This document shows, in pieces, positions 35,675-47,736 of a stretch of DNA of 64,000 bases (the stretch's first letter is position 1; the number at the start of each line of letters is the position of its first letter). The notes under the pieces were generated by a model that saw only the letters and a list, made by a program, of their open reading frames with translations, did not search any database and was not told the origin of the DNA. The translations under genes and the position numbers were made by a program. The DNA is from Rhizodiscina lignyota (lineage: Eukaryota): assembly GCA_010015805.1 (NCBI GenBank), contig ML978122.1:434001-498000 (forward strand). Reading direction: 5' to 3'.

Positions 35675-37412
35675 GTCGAGAGATTGATCTTGGAGCGGTT
35701 CTTTTGATTTTGTGTTAGATTGCAAGCGCTAATAGACGATAAGAATTGCAGGCGTTGGAATGCTGTGGAACAAATGCAAAAAGCCAAAAGTGGATGACAC
35801 TGGTTAGAGATGGTGAAGTGAGAATCCTCAATACGTTTTGTAGAGTGGAGACTGCTTCTTAAGGGTCTAAATCTTTCTGAGGCAGGCGGACATGGCAACA
35901 AACTTGAATGGACGGAACTAGCTACCCAGTTGCTATTACATGCAGCAGCGGATATGAACGCTGAAACTGACATTAGAGGATGGACGAGGCAATACTTGCT
36001 CTCCTTAAAATTTGGGACGTCTAGGTGAGCAACAATGTCAACCTCTGGCAATGGATAATGGTATTGAGACTCGTGCTTTCATCCGCCCAACGAAATCGTC
36101 GAAGGCACAAGATGCAGGAGTAAAGAATTAAGAAGGCTTCTACTAAGTTTGAACGCGGTACAGTTCAAACAGAAGATAAGTCTCGTTAATCCCTGCGACA
36201 TTTATGTAATAGCATCCTGAGCACCAGACAAGTGCAATAACTTTTCTTCTAAGCAATCTGGCCTAACATTCTAACCATCAACAAGAGAATTCACCATTAG
36301 CGTGGATTACGGGCTGCGTATAGCGAAACGAGCGCACGCATAGGAGTCTATGTCATCGGAAGTATAAAGTAGCTCGTTATCTCGACATGGACATTGCATG
36401 TCGACTATAAAGCAAAGCCAAAGTCAATTGATTGCTGGTGTGGGGATCAAGACGGCTTCCAACGTGATTGAACGCGACATTCTGGCACGGTTCGAATTAC
36501 GGAAAAGTCTCTTCGAACGGCACCAACTTGTGTAATAAAGTTTGAAAAGCCGTACGTATGAATGTCTAAATTTCAAGCGCGGCCATGGGTTAAGTTCCTT
36601 TTGTTTAACGATAGCAACGACTTGCCCAGATGTCTCTTCCGCCTCCCAATCTTCCTCCGCGTCATGATACATGGGGCTGATCGCGTGTATAGTGGAGTAA
36701 TCGAAATTTGCCGGCCGACTGCTGTAGATCTGAAATCTATACCGCGAACTACTGACGGAGTAGCATTCGACTGTCCCAGATCCCCCTTTATGCCTCCCGG
36801 TGTTCCGATAACCTGGATCATGCGTCGCTGGTGCATTGCAAAATTGTAGTTTCGAAGGGTTGTCATGTGTTTCTTCTTCGCGATCGGGATGTCGCTATCC
36901 ATGGGGAATTGTTGAAGACTGTTGTTGTATGACGTAGGTTCAGAAGCGAGAGTTTGGTTCAAAAAAAAACAAAGCGCGCTTTCTTGATGGCACCTAGTAG
37001 GTCGTCGAGTGCTCTAGAAGCTAATAATACATTAATATCTAAATTAATAGCAGTAGGGCTGACTGCGTCGATGAGCTCATCTAGGGCAGGAATGTCGTCG
37101 TAAAATGGCTGATCGCCATGTTCGACGTCCAACTTCCCATGAGTCCTATGTTGCGATACTCAGGAGGCGAAGTTCGCAATCGCACTGCAGCCAACAAGTC
37201 AACACAGTTACGGCAGGAGCGTGCTCAACAGAAGCAGTAGACTCAGTGAAAATTCAACTATCATCCATTGTGCCATACCGTAAAGCTTTGCACATGATCT
37301 CATTGTCTCCTATCTGCAATTATTACAAGCGTTCTCCTAAAAGCCCCTCCGTTGGGCAGGGTATATACTCCGCACACTCCTCAAACGCCCTCGCTGCTGC
37401 CGAACTCAATCA

Positions 37413-40054
37413 TCAACGAACCAGGTTGTTTGCCCGATACTGCCGATATCCAACACTTGGGGCTCTTGGTCTCCCACCAGGTGCGCTCCTTTCGACTGGA
37501 ATGCTCGGCGGATTCGGTGGCGGACTCGGGCTGCTTGTATGTGTCGACCTGGTTGGCTCGGGGCTCGTGCTTGGCCTGTCGCCTGTCGGTGACGTTGAAG
37601 GCGAGGTCTGGCCGAAGTCAAACGAGAAGCCTGTGTCTTGGAAGACATTCGGCAGGATTGGCGCGCCGTTCATGCCGGTGATGGGGCTGCTGGCACGGTT
37701 CTGGTTCACTTCGACAATATCGTCTTCCTCTTCGCGCTCCGAGACCTGTGGTAGATTCGGCGCCACCGCGACCACTGGGAGTTTTGGCTGGTTCGAGATG
37801 GGTGTGTTGTTGAAGCCGACGTTGACGCTTGGCGGCGCTGGGTTTTGCACCAATCTCACAGCACCGGAGTGCGAGCCATCGGGTCGCATGCCACCAAGGC
37901 CTGGGTTGATGTTGTTCGGGTTTGGCCCGACAGGACGAGGCACGATGCGGCCACCGGGTGTCATCACAGTCTCGCCAAACGGATAGTACAGCTGCGTTGC
38001 GCGAGCATCTGCGACAGAGGCGTCACTGATGGCGCTGATTCTGCTGAGGTTGGTGGTTGTGGTTTCGGACTCGTCGTCGCTGGAAATGTCGCTAAATGGT
38101 CTGTCCCGCACGTTGTCTGGGATGCCGTAGGACCTGTAGGACTTGTAGGACTTTGTGGACACCGCTCTAGAGGGGCCTTTCGATGTAGCGGCCGATGTGG
38201 AGCGTGAGGGCGCCTTGGATGGCGCTCGTGATGGGTGGCCACTGGCGAACGAGAGACTGCCGGCGGTCTTAGGCCGCTTCTCCTCTGGTACCTCGAATGG
38301 ATTCAGGGGAGTGTTCAGCAGCGCCACTTCAGAGGGGTCCAGGAAGGGGTTATGTGCTTGTGGAATTTCCGGCAATGGTGGTGGCGGGCTTGGTGATCTC
38401 GAATCATCCGAGTAGCGAGAGTATGCACTAACGGATGATACGGCGCTGTGGACAGAGGTGCTTCTAGGTATCACCGGAGCAGGAGCTGCAGCCAGTGTTG
38501 CACTTGGAGGCGGTGGTCTCGGAGGAGGAATGGAAGAAGCCACTGCTGCGCTCGCTCGAGCTGCCGGCCCAGTCTTCATGAGGCTCTCTGGACCACCGAT
38601 CATTGACATCTGTGGCGTTCGAAGACTTGGGAGAGTGGGGCTGTTGACAGGCGCGTGGTCTGGGTTCTCGGAATCCATTGCACGAAGGGACGAGAAGCGA
38701 TTCCGTGGATCGTTCGGACCAGCCACAGGAATTGGACCACTAATGTTCCGTCTCCCTTCGCTCTCACTGTCGCTGTCCTCCTCCATCTTCTTACGCCTCT
38801 TCATCAAAAACGTTGCAATTCCAATGCCCGCGGCAATGGCAATAAGGGGAATAAAAATACCAAGGGCAACTTTACCGCCTGTGGACAAGCCACCAGACGC
38901 TTTATCCTTGTTGCCTACAGCGCCGGCGGCACTGCCTGTTGGAGAGCTCTGAGAAGTAGGTGTCGGTGTGATAACTGTCGAAGGCGTGGACACTGGAGTT
39001 GTGACAAACGTGGATTTGAAGTGCGACGTGGTGAACGTCGGCTTGCCTTCTGAATTGGTCGTTGTCATGATGATTTGCTCGCTGGAAACCATTGTCGTAG
39101 GCGGCAGGGTTGTCGGTTTGCCAATTGAGGTAATTGGTGCTTCCGTCTGAGCAGGTGCATCTGAGCCGCTTGAACCTGCGGTTCCTGATCCATTTTCGTC
39201 ATTAGAGCCAGACGCTGCTCCGCCTCCTGAAGCGGCACCTGATGACCCTCCAGAATCATCTCCTGAAGAGCTACCTGAACTGGATGAACCATCGGAGTTG
39301 CTCGAGTTATCAGTAGGTGCGCTTCCGGAGGAATCTCCATCTCCTGAGTTGTCGGATGATCCACTTGAGCTGTCTCCAGATGATCCGCTTGAGCTGTCTC
39401 CAGACGATCCACTTGAGCTGTCGCTGTCTCCAGACGAAGTGGTCGAAGCTGAATCTCCGTTGGACGCGGGTTGGCTAGAGCCAGAATCTCCAGAAGACGA
39501 ACTATCAGAGTTCGAATCCGTTGAGCTACTGCCAGTTGCAACTGCACCCGCTGCCGCCGCAGCCGTAGTCCCTGAGGAGCTAGAGTCATCGCTATCACTG
39601 CTCCCTGCTGCTGTTGAGGCAGGCGTGGATGCGCCACTACCGCTGTCGTCTGAGCTCGAATCGCTGCCGCTGCTTGAGTCACTTGTTGAGCCTGTACCAC
39701 TATCTGACGACGCTGGTTGGCTAGCGCCGGTAGTGGTCGTCGCAACGGGAGAGCTGGTAGTCGCCACTACAACGGTCGTGGAATCCGTGGACGTTGACGA
39801 GGACGATACGGCAGAAGTACTATCCAATGTCAAATTACGTTATATAAAATAAGGCTGAGGTGGACATACGTATCCGTGGTGCCGTTCACCGCCTGTCTCC
39901 TGTCCAAAGGTACCGGCTCCGCGACCTCTCCTTCATGATTTCGTATTACTAGGCCCCCCTTGAACGACTCGAGAATGGAAAAGGCGAAAAGGATAATAGC
40001 CACAGAGGCGTACAACCAAAAGGTCTTGCACAGAGGAGATTTGGTCGACCTCAT
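37413..40054 (-). CDS. Ser/Gly/Asp-rich mucin-like membrane protein (Mid2/Skg6-like architecture), 2 exons
   Basis: Exon 40054-39870 (hydrophobic N-terminus, LDRR-Q) joins exon 39819-37413 in frame through GTATGT...TAG; S/T-rich ectodomain, TM GGKVALGIFIPLIAIAAGIGIATFLM followed by KRRKK, long P/S-rich tail. Confidence 0.85.
39355..39435 (-). repeat. 24-bp coding tandem repeat (SSGDSSSG, about 3 copies)
   Basis: The + strand unit GATCCRCTTGAGCTGTCTCCAGAY is repeated inside the mucin-like ORF. Confidence 0.8.
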
Positions 40055-41784
40055 CTTCTCATGTCGTGAAATGCTGGATATCTCGTCGCCGGAAATTACA
40101 ATTAAACGAGGGTACTGGTTATTAATGCGTCGCTTTCAAAAGCTCATGATGGTGAACGAGCGTGTCGCAGTGAGTCGAAATGAACGGACGAGACCGGTAT
40201 AGGTCTCTTTCGAAGTCGCAAAGTGTCGAAGGGAGCAGCAACCGTGCCTCACTTGGGGCGGCGGATGGTTTTGAGGCCCATCGGCGGCTGCACCCTCGCG
40301 AACACGGTTGGGGCCCATCGCGTGTGGCTCGTACTCGTGAGCTTTGGCGGTGGTTGTCGCTGGGTTAATTTCCGTGCGGGAGGGATGGAGCGGCGCATCG
40401 GCCATGGAAAGCTCAGGAACAGGTTTAGCGCATCGATCTTTTGCCTTGTTTTCCTCCTCTTGGCACATGCTTGCTCGCTCGCTCGAGCCCCTGAGAGGGA
40501 TGCCGTTTCGTTTCAAAATGAGAGACATGGAGACGCTGACATGGATTTGAGATAGCTTATCAAACACGTTTTGACGTTCCACGCGCGTATAAAGAAGAGA
40601 TAATAACTGCACCCACCCGCTTTGCCTCACTTTCAACTATGAACGCATTTCATGAGCTTTCGAACGCGCACACGACTCAACGAAAATTCGCCGAAGTCTC
40701 AAGAGCAGCTTGAGTCAGGAGAACAAACGCGGGAGGCGCCACGGCTCACTGGCTTCGCGTGGATGCTTGTCATCAGTGCGCCCACCTTCGATTTCGCTAG
40801 GAGTCTGAGCTTCTGCTTTTGAATTCGGCCTTCACTCCCAACGTGCCGTGGGCCACGTGATATCCTTTTGCGGATCCCCATCTCATTCTCCACCTCCGTT
40901 TATGCATTTGACAGGGCCATGCATAAGTAAGTCCGCCGAATACGATAAGTAGCTTTGCGCGGTCCCCTTCAAGAGTTCCTCTCCTGTCAGTCACTTGGGA
41001 AGAAGATGGATGCGGGGTGCATTCGGCGACGTTGCCGCGAGAAGTTCTGCATGTAAGAGGCGTTATTTTCAACCACACATCAAGCAGCAGGACTGCCTCC
41101 ATCAAGTACCATTTCCACCGACATGTCGCCGCCCACGGAGAATGCACCACGTTTTTATTGACAACTGCACACTTCCACCTGAAGTTCTCGCTTTGCAGTC
41201 TTACCAAGCACTCTTTAACGGCATGAGGTAACGCGTCAGTCGATCGACCCCTCATTTCGTTTCTCTTCTGTCTTTCTTTTGTATCAATTTTCAATATTTC
41301 TACTTTGTGTGCCAGGGGCTTCTTCCGGATTCCGTAGGCCATCGCTTTGGTGTGGCCATTCAACTCTCCATTGAACCCTCCATTGTGCAGCTCCTTAGCT
41401 TCCTTCTTGAAGCCTGTTGTGTGATGATAGGCGGGCTAACAATAGGCTTGTACCTTCTTTGGTGCACCTGAAAGTTCTCAAAGCGTGTCTGATCCAATGC
41501 CGTACTACCAAAATGGTCGCACGCTACCCTGGATCTGTGTGCGGCTTGCTGCTGCTCGGATGGATAGGTAGCCCTAGGTCGAGTATATGATGGCCAGCCG
41601 CTCACCATTTTCTGTTCCTTTCTCTCCGGCCTGAGCGTTCTATCGATTTCAGCACAGCCGATCTCGACGTACGATTTAGTCTCAAGTGATTCAGTTATCA
41701 TCTCCCTTGTCACTACTCCGTAGCTACAGCACAATCAGCGAACGGAGCTCATAGTATTGATACCTCGATCTACATCAAATCAAA

Positions 41785-42396
41785 ATGAAGTTCTTCCTCG
41801 CCGCTGCCGCTCTCCTGGGTCTCGTCGCCCCTTCTCCCGTTTCCGAGCCAGGATATCATAAAGGTCACGTCACCTGCCCCGTCAACGGCACTCTCCCACC
41901 ATCATACGTCAAGCCATGCCTGATGGTCCCCGTCTCCGCCAAACGCCCCACCGTGGCCTTCGGCGGCACCGAGAAGCCCATCATCACCCCCAACGACTTC
42001 TGCACCATCTTCAACCTCGACCTGCCGCCCTCCGCCTACGACAAGGTGTGCCAGCTCGTCTTCCTCTTCCCGGACCACCATCAGACGCCCAGCTGGTACA
42101 GCTACCATGGCGCGGGCCACTTCAGCTTCACGGGCTACGCTGTCGGCGCGGGTGCCACAGAGCAGACGACATATAAGAACCAGCCAGTCGCTGGTCCGAA
42201 TCCGCCGAGTCCGCCGGCCGAGCTGGCCCCTGGCAATGCGTATGTTATCAACTCCGCACCGTGCGGTCTTCCAAAGGGTCTGACGGCGCCGGTCACCGTG
42301 TCTGGTATGCTTTGCAGCACGGACACCACGCTCAAGTTTCTGCAGAGCGATGCGAAGTGCCCGCTGGGTTTCTTTGTCGAGCTGCTGGATCAGTAG
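41785..42396 (+). CDS. Secreted But2-domain (cell-wall-protein-like) protein, 203 aa
   Basis: Signal peptide MKFFLAAAALLGLV; TIFNLDLP....KVCQLVFLFP, G.G.F.F, TTY.NQP, PGNAYVI...C pattern resembling But2 C-terminal domains; strong C-ending codon bias. Confidence 0.75.
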   Translation: MKFFLAAAALLGLVAPSPVSEPGYHKGHVTCPVNGTLPPSYVKPCLMVPVSAKRPTVAFGGTEKPIITPNDFCTIFNLDLPPSAYDKVCQLVFLFPDHHQTPSWYSYHGAGHFSFTGYAVGAGATEQTTYKNQPVAGPNPPSPPAELAPGNAYVINSAPCGLPKGLTAPVTVSGMLCSTDTTLKFLQSDAKCPLGFFVELLDQ

Positions 42397-42641
42397 GGGA
42401 GTTCAGAGGGGGAATTGGCTACGGTGGGCACTGCATGGTTTCATGATATATGTTCACAGCTCTCACCGTCAGGCTCAGCGCCTGATAATTGGATTTCCAT
42501 AAAGTCGTTAGCCTCAGTTGAATACGTTGCAGTCGTAATTGCGTTCATTCGTTCACTACAGTGCAATTACGTGTTCTCTCTCTCCGTCGTTACCATTCCC
42601 ATCGTCCCGGCATCAAAACCACCAACGTCAATATCTCCCTC

Positions 42642-43277
42642 TCACAAGGTCGCCAATGTCTCTCTCGCATGCCGAATCATCTCCTGGATAAGCCTATCCT
42701 CGTCCCTCAGACATCCGTAGGCGCGCATGATGGTGTGCTGCGGCGCCGAATAGTCGCTTGTCGACGACACGATGGCATTCAATCCTCTCCACAGAGCGAG
42801 CACCTCGTTGCGCAGCCCATCACACTTGTACTTGAGCGCGAAAATGTACAAGTCCAGCATCTCCTCCCAGAACGCCTCGCTATTCGCTTGGACGATGATG
42901 GCTACGCCATCGAGGGCAACTCCGGTGAGGAGAGAGTGCATATGGGACAAATAGATCCGGCCGCCGCCGTACACGAAGTTCTTGAAGGAGGCGAAGGTTG
43001 TGTGGCTGACGAGCGGCAGGTGGATCTCGTCCTCGACACCGACTTTGAAGACGCAGCCGTCGATGATGTTCTCGTTGTGCATGAAGTGGTTCCGGAAGTG
43101 TCTGGAGGCCATGCAGAGGTGCGACTTGCGAATGTGTGCTTCGATCTTCTCGTGGCCCAGCTTGAAGATGACAAGCGGGCTAGTGGTATGCTATTAGTGG
43201 CCTCAAATGGCATTCAACGATGATGGGGATATGGATGCTCACTCATCAGAGGTCCCTGCGTTGGCGTTGGCAGCCAT
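42642..43277 (-). CDS. BTB/POZ-domain protein, 2 exons
   Basis: ATG 43277, intron 43242-43180; LVIFKLG..KIEAHIRKSHLCMASRHFR, IHLP.VS..TF..FKNFVY, LYIFALKYKCDGLRNEV. Confidence 0.75.
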
Positions 43278-43335
43278 GGTTGGTCGTTTGTTGAAGGCTG
43301 AGAAACAGGAAGTGAGAGGGAGAGGACGGCACGGT

Positions 43336-43437
43336 AGAAGTGTTATTCGGCCGCGCCTTCGAGGTCGTGTGTTGGGGGTCGAGAAGCAGGCGGAGAGAGT
43401 AAACAATGGCAGAAGTGTTATTCTGCCGCGTCCTCGA
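43336..43437 (+). repeat. Direct repeat upstream of the BTB gene
   Basis: AGAAGTGTTATTCGGCCGCGCCTTCGA (43336-43362) vs AGAAGTGTTATTCTGCCGCGTCCTCGA (43411-43437), 24/27 identical. Confidence 0.8.
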
Positions 43438-44000
43438 AGCCGAGCATGAAGTGGAGAGATGAGCAGACGCAGAAGAGGAAGGATTATAAGAAGAAGAGTA
43501 AAAGACTTTGCAGCGACAAAGAATTGCAGCAGCCTACGCGCGTTGTGAAGAGCAGCGCTTAGATGGGAGGAAGCTCAGGTGCTCAGAAGCTCAATAGCTT
43601 GCTGCCTTGTGTTCACTGTGCTTCTCTTCTCCCCTTTCGCTTTTCAAAAGACAGCACGAGCAAATCGAGTCAAGATTGTGTTATCAATTGGATTCCCTTC
43701 TATGTCGTCTGCCAACGTTCCAATGCTTTTCGATCCGTAGCTCATTTAATCCTATCCAGACCTCGTAAAGTCATATACCAACGCCGGCGCTAGGCATCGA
43801 AACTGGATATCGCAAGACGTTCAAGCTCTTCCGTCAGGTCGCCCAGATACTATCCTTTGGTCCACCCACGCAGCGGCTCGCATCGGCGCCAAATCCTCCC
43901 TCGTACATCTTGTCTCTATCAACAACTTCATCTGACACAAGACAATTGTGTCCCATATATATGGCACGCAGTAAGGAGAAAAAAGCAAGCAAAATTGCTC

Positions 44001-46243
44001 TCACAACTTGACGCCCCATATCCCTCTCCCACCACAGACGCCCACCCACTCCCCACCCTGCGCAGTCAAGCCACTCTGTGGCGCCCAGCTCAGGTTCGAG
44101 ACCTCATACTCGCACCGCCAACTCGCCGCCGGGCCCTTCGCATTCGGCGCAGCAGCGGGCGTAGCGCTCGCCTGACTGCTTGCGGCTCCCGAGCCTTGCG
44201 ATGAGTTCACCGTTGCCTGAGTCCCGACAGGTGCGCCGTTATTCGAGGTCATAGTGTCGCTAATGTGCACGTCCATCTGCGCGCCATTGCTCGCGTTGAA
44301 TAAGTCCCAAATGCACACTAAGCTGTCGTCCGCACCGGACGCAAGCATGCCCCGGCGCGAAGGGCTCCAGTCGAGGCAGTTAAGTGCTGCGCCATGACCA
44401 CGCAGTTCCAGCAGCGCCTGGCCCGGCTGCCGAACGTCGAGGACGCGTATGATGTTCGAGTCTGCGGCGAAGGTGGCCAGGAGGTGGAAGTCGTGCGGGG
44501 AAGCTGCCAGGCGGAGAAGTGGCGGGGGTGTTGTAAGAGCAGATTTGGATGGGGATGATGGTGGATTTGGCGAACCTGCTTCAATAGATGTCAGTAAAGA
44601 ATAGCTTCGTTCAAGATATTCATGTGTAAGCATACTCTTCTCTCTATCCGACGGGGACTTCTCGGCGGGCTCGTAGATGATAGTGCTATGCTCGAGGCTT
44701 CGGAGGTCGAACATTCGTACACTGCCATCTGCGCCGCATGATCCAAATATGTCAACGCTGCCCGCGAGGAAACGCACATCAAATACTTCTTTGTCGTGGG
44801 CTATCAATTGTGTCTTGGCAGTCAAGGTTGGGATATCCCATATCGTACACGTCGTGTCAATGCTGCTCGTAATGATGAGTTTCGGGCTAATTGTATTCCA
44901 ATCCAAGCTTGTTAATGGTGCAGTATGCTCTGGAGTCTTCGAATTGGATAGGAGTGCGAGAGGGGTGAGCTTTTGCGGGGTGTCTGCCACCCGCTTGTTC
45001 GAAATATTGCTCGACACAGGATTGGAGGTGGTTTGAGGGAGTGACCACAACCGCAGATGGTCCCCCGACGTAGCAAGAAGGTCAGTGGATTGTTTCTGAG
45101 AGGAAGGGGGCTCCCAGAGGATGCGCGTAACTGGATATGAGCAGGTTGCTTCCGCGATACGGGTGTATTCGAGGCTTGGTTGTGGATCTGCGTCGGAGGT
45201 GGTGAGCTTCGTGTCGAGAATTTGAATCTATACAATATCAGTGTAGGTCTGAGTAAGCCATCCAAAGTTCGTACAAAGTTATGAGGGTCTTCTAGATAGC
45301 TTCCAATGGCCATCTTTCCAGCCGTATTGTTGCCATGTCCTATTATCGGCCATTTACACCAATCGTATGCAAATGCCGCCCAAGGAGCAAGGTAATTGCT
45401 ATTTGTTGGTTGTCGCTCCTCATTCCACGCCGAGACTCCTGCCTGGTCGTCGAGATTCGAGTTTGTCCTCGGTCTGATATGCTCGAGTACTAACGGCGAC
45501 TGCGCAGGAGCCCCTCCCGGTGTCGCTGGACTGTAGGAGCTGTAGAATTTCTGGTTCGGGGTAGGAGGATATTGAGGTGGCTTTTCAGCAGATGCCGAGA
45601 AGGGGATGTACTTTTGCTCTACTCCCGACGAGTCTGAGCGGGAGTAGTTGTGCTGCGACTGACTCATAGTGTTCGAGCGTGTGGGAAGAGTATATTGTTG
45701 TGCGTTCGTATTGATCTGTGGCATAGTAGGGATAGTGGTCGGCGCAGTGTATGCTGCTGAGGGCCCTGGTCGCGGCTGCGAGCCACCAGGCTGTAAGGCT
45801 GATGGGACGCCTGTCGTCGAAGCTGGACTCGAGAGATGCGCGCTCTGCGGTGTCTGGTGGAGGTTGACGCTCCCTTGCGTGTATTCTGTGGGGCTTGCGT
45901 AGAGCTGCTGCTGATGGTGTGGCTGAGAGTGGGTGTGTGGGTAGTGGGTTGCATCTCCTCTCATTTGAATGTCTCCAGCCTGCGAGCCCATCGCCTGTGT
46001 TCTCCTGGCCGTGTCGTAGAGTGCTGGCGCTCGAGGATCGGGAGGTGACAATCCCACGCTTGCTGGAGGAGCAGTCGCAGCGGCGTGCTGCATGTCCAAG
46101 ATGTCGGTACCGGCGCTGGTAGTCGTCTTTAGCGCAGTCGGCGCGCCAATGCTGCCCAATGCCTGAGAGGCATAGATACCAGCTGCTATTCCAGGCTGTT
46201 GAGGAGGATTTTGGAGAGGTTGGTGTGAATTCGAATGATACAT
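44001..46243 (-). CDS. WD40 protein, DCAF7/HAN11/WDR68 (yeast Ypl247c) family, with Q/P-rich N-terminal extension, 3 exons
   Basis: CSYPVTRILWEP, LLATSGDHLRLW, APLTSLDWN, SSIDTTCTIWD, KTQLIAHDKEVFDV, SCGADGSVRMFDLRSLEHSTIIYE; introns 45274-45228 and 44635-44576. Alternative ATG at 46324. Confidence 0.92.
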
Positions 46244-46485
46244 ACCGCAGCCTCCTCTTCTTTGGTACGTACCTTTGAAATAAGGCTTGTCTCGCGTGGA
46301 CTGCGCAGCAAGTCTCACATTCATTCAATCACAAAACTCTTGGCATTTGGAGGTCACGTGCATTGTCACCTCACTCGAGTCGGATGAAGTTCAACCTCGG
46401 ATGGTGAAGATGCTCGGCCTCGTTCACTTTATATTCACCGTCAGCTTTCCCAGTTATTCATGATTCTTCAATTGCGACGGGGAAA

Positions 46486-47736
46486 ATGGCTCTTGAATCA
46501 CTTCCGTTGCAGTGTTTGCTTTTACTCTCACCCTCACCTTCACCAGCAACATTCGCAAACGTCAAAGCAACGTATCATACACCCCTTTTCTCCGTGCTCA
46601 GGGAGCTGAATCTAGCAGCGAGCTCAACATTCAATGGCAAGAAGATCCTCGATATTGCTCTACCATGTCCTCATCTGTACACATCAAGTTCTATCCCTCG
46701 GAGTTGCTTATACGACGAGACACAGCGAGTACTCGCAAACGTATATAAACTGATCACTGTAATATCGACTACCCAAGGAATCAGCCTCGAAAGTGGCGAC
46801 GGCATCGATGTGCGAGTCATCTTGATTTCATGGCCACGGGACGACAGGGTAGATTTGATCCAGGAAGGTACGGCTGGCGACGACCTGACAGGCCCTGTAA
46901 TCAATATTCGAACCCTTGCGAGCTCGAGAAGACCATGGAATACAATTTACTCCATCCAAACCGAGCAAGGAGAACAGGTTCTGAAGACCTTTCTCCACTC
47001 TGGCCAAGGTTATAACAGTGTAACAAAAGTCCGCGGAGGTATCACAGCTGCTTCAACGGCATCATCCGCAGCTGGTCTAAAATCTGCCGAAGGGGCGCGG
47101 CGGCATTACTCTGTAGCTGTTGGGGGGACATTCGACCACCTTCATATCGGGCACAAGCTGCTTCTAACCATGTTTGCATTCATGGCCGATGAGGATCCTT
47201 TACACGACTCCCTTGGTGGTCCAGAGAAGAGCCTGACTGTTGGAATCACAGCGGGCGAATTGTTGAAGAACAAGAAATACGCCGAGTTCCTGGAATCGTG
47301 GGATGCGCGTCAGAAGTCTACGTGGGACTTCTTTTGCGCCATTCTGCACTTTTCGCGTGCAGGCCCCGACGCTGTGAGATCCCAGGAGATCACTGATGAC
47401 GGGCCTAATGGACACGCGGTTCATTATAAGTTGCTGTCAGGCCTGGTCATCAAGTTGGTTGAGATCTGGGATCCTTTCGGGCCTACTATTACGGACGAGT
47501 CCATATCTGCGCTGGTCATTTCGGCTGAGACCCGGTCAGGCGGTAAGGCGGTCAATGACAAGCGCAGGGAGAAAGGATGGGCGGAGCTAGAAGTATTCGA
47601 GGTCGACGTGCTTGATGCAGAGGAAGAATCCGAGCTGCACGGAAATGGCGCAGAGCAGACGTTTCAGAGTAAGCTGAGCAGTACGGAAATACGCCGAATG
47701 CAGAGCGAGAAGGCCAGGAGAGAGTATAAAGTATAA
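46486..47736 (+). CDS. Cytidylyltransferase-like / pantetheine-phosphate adenylyltransferase (Cab4-like)
   Basis: VAVGGTFDHLHIGHKLLL (HxGH), VGIT, DPFGPTITD, LVISAETRSGG.AVN.KR, KLSSTEIR. Confidence 0.88.
   Translation: MALESLPLQCLLLLSPSPSPATFANVKATYHTPLFSVLRELNLAASSTFNGKKILDIALPCPHLYTSSSIPRSCLYDETQRVLANVYKLITVISTTQGISLESGDGIDVRVILISWPRDDRVDLIQEGTAGDDLTGPVINIRTLASSRRPWNTIYSIQTEQGEQVLKTFLHSGQGYNSVTKVRGGITAASTASSAAGLKSAEGARRHYSVAVGGTFDHLHIGHKLLLTMFAFMADEDPLHDSLGGPEKSLTVGITAGELLKNKKYAEFLESWDARQKSTWDFFCAILHFSRAGPDAVRSQEITDDGPNGHAVHYKLLSGLVIKLVEIWDPFGPTITDESISALVISAETRSGGKAVNDKRREKGWAELEVFEVDVLDAEEESELHGNGAEQTFQSKLSSTEIRRMQSEKARREYKV

Noticed and set aside
36050..37100. More AT-rich intergenic patch as a RIP-mutated transposon
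   Set aside because: No terminal repeats or transposase/RT motifs; the AT-rich stretches are short.
37105..37986. 293 aa + strand ORF
   Set aside because: Largely an antisense shadow of the mucin-like gene.
41421..41492. GTGATGA...CTGA as a C/D snoRNA
   Set aside because: No terminal stem or recognisable rRNA guide; such boxes occur by chance.
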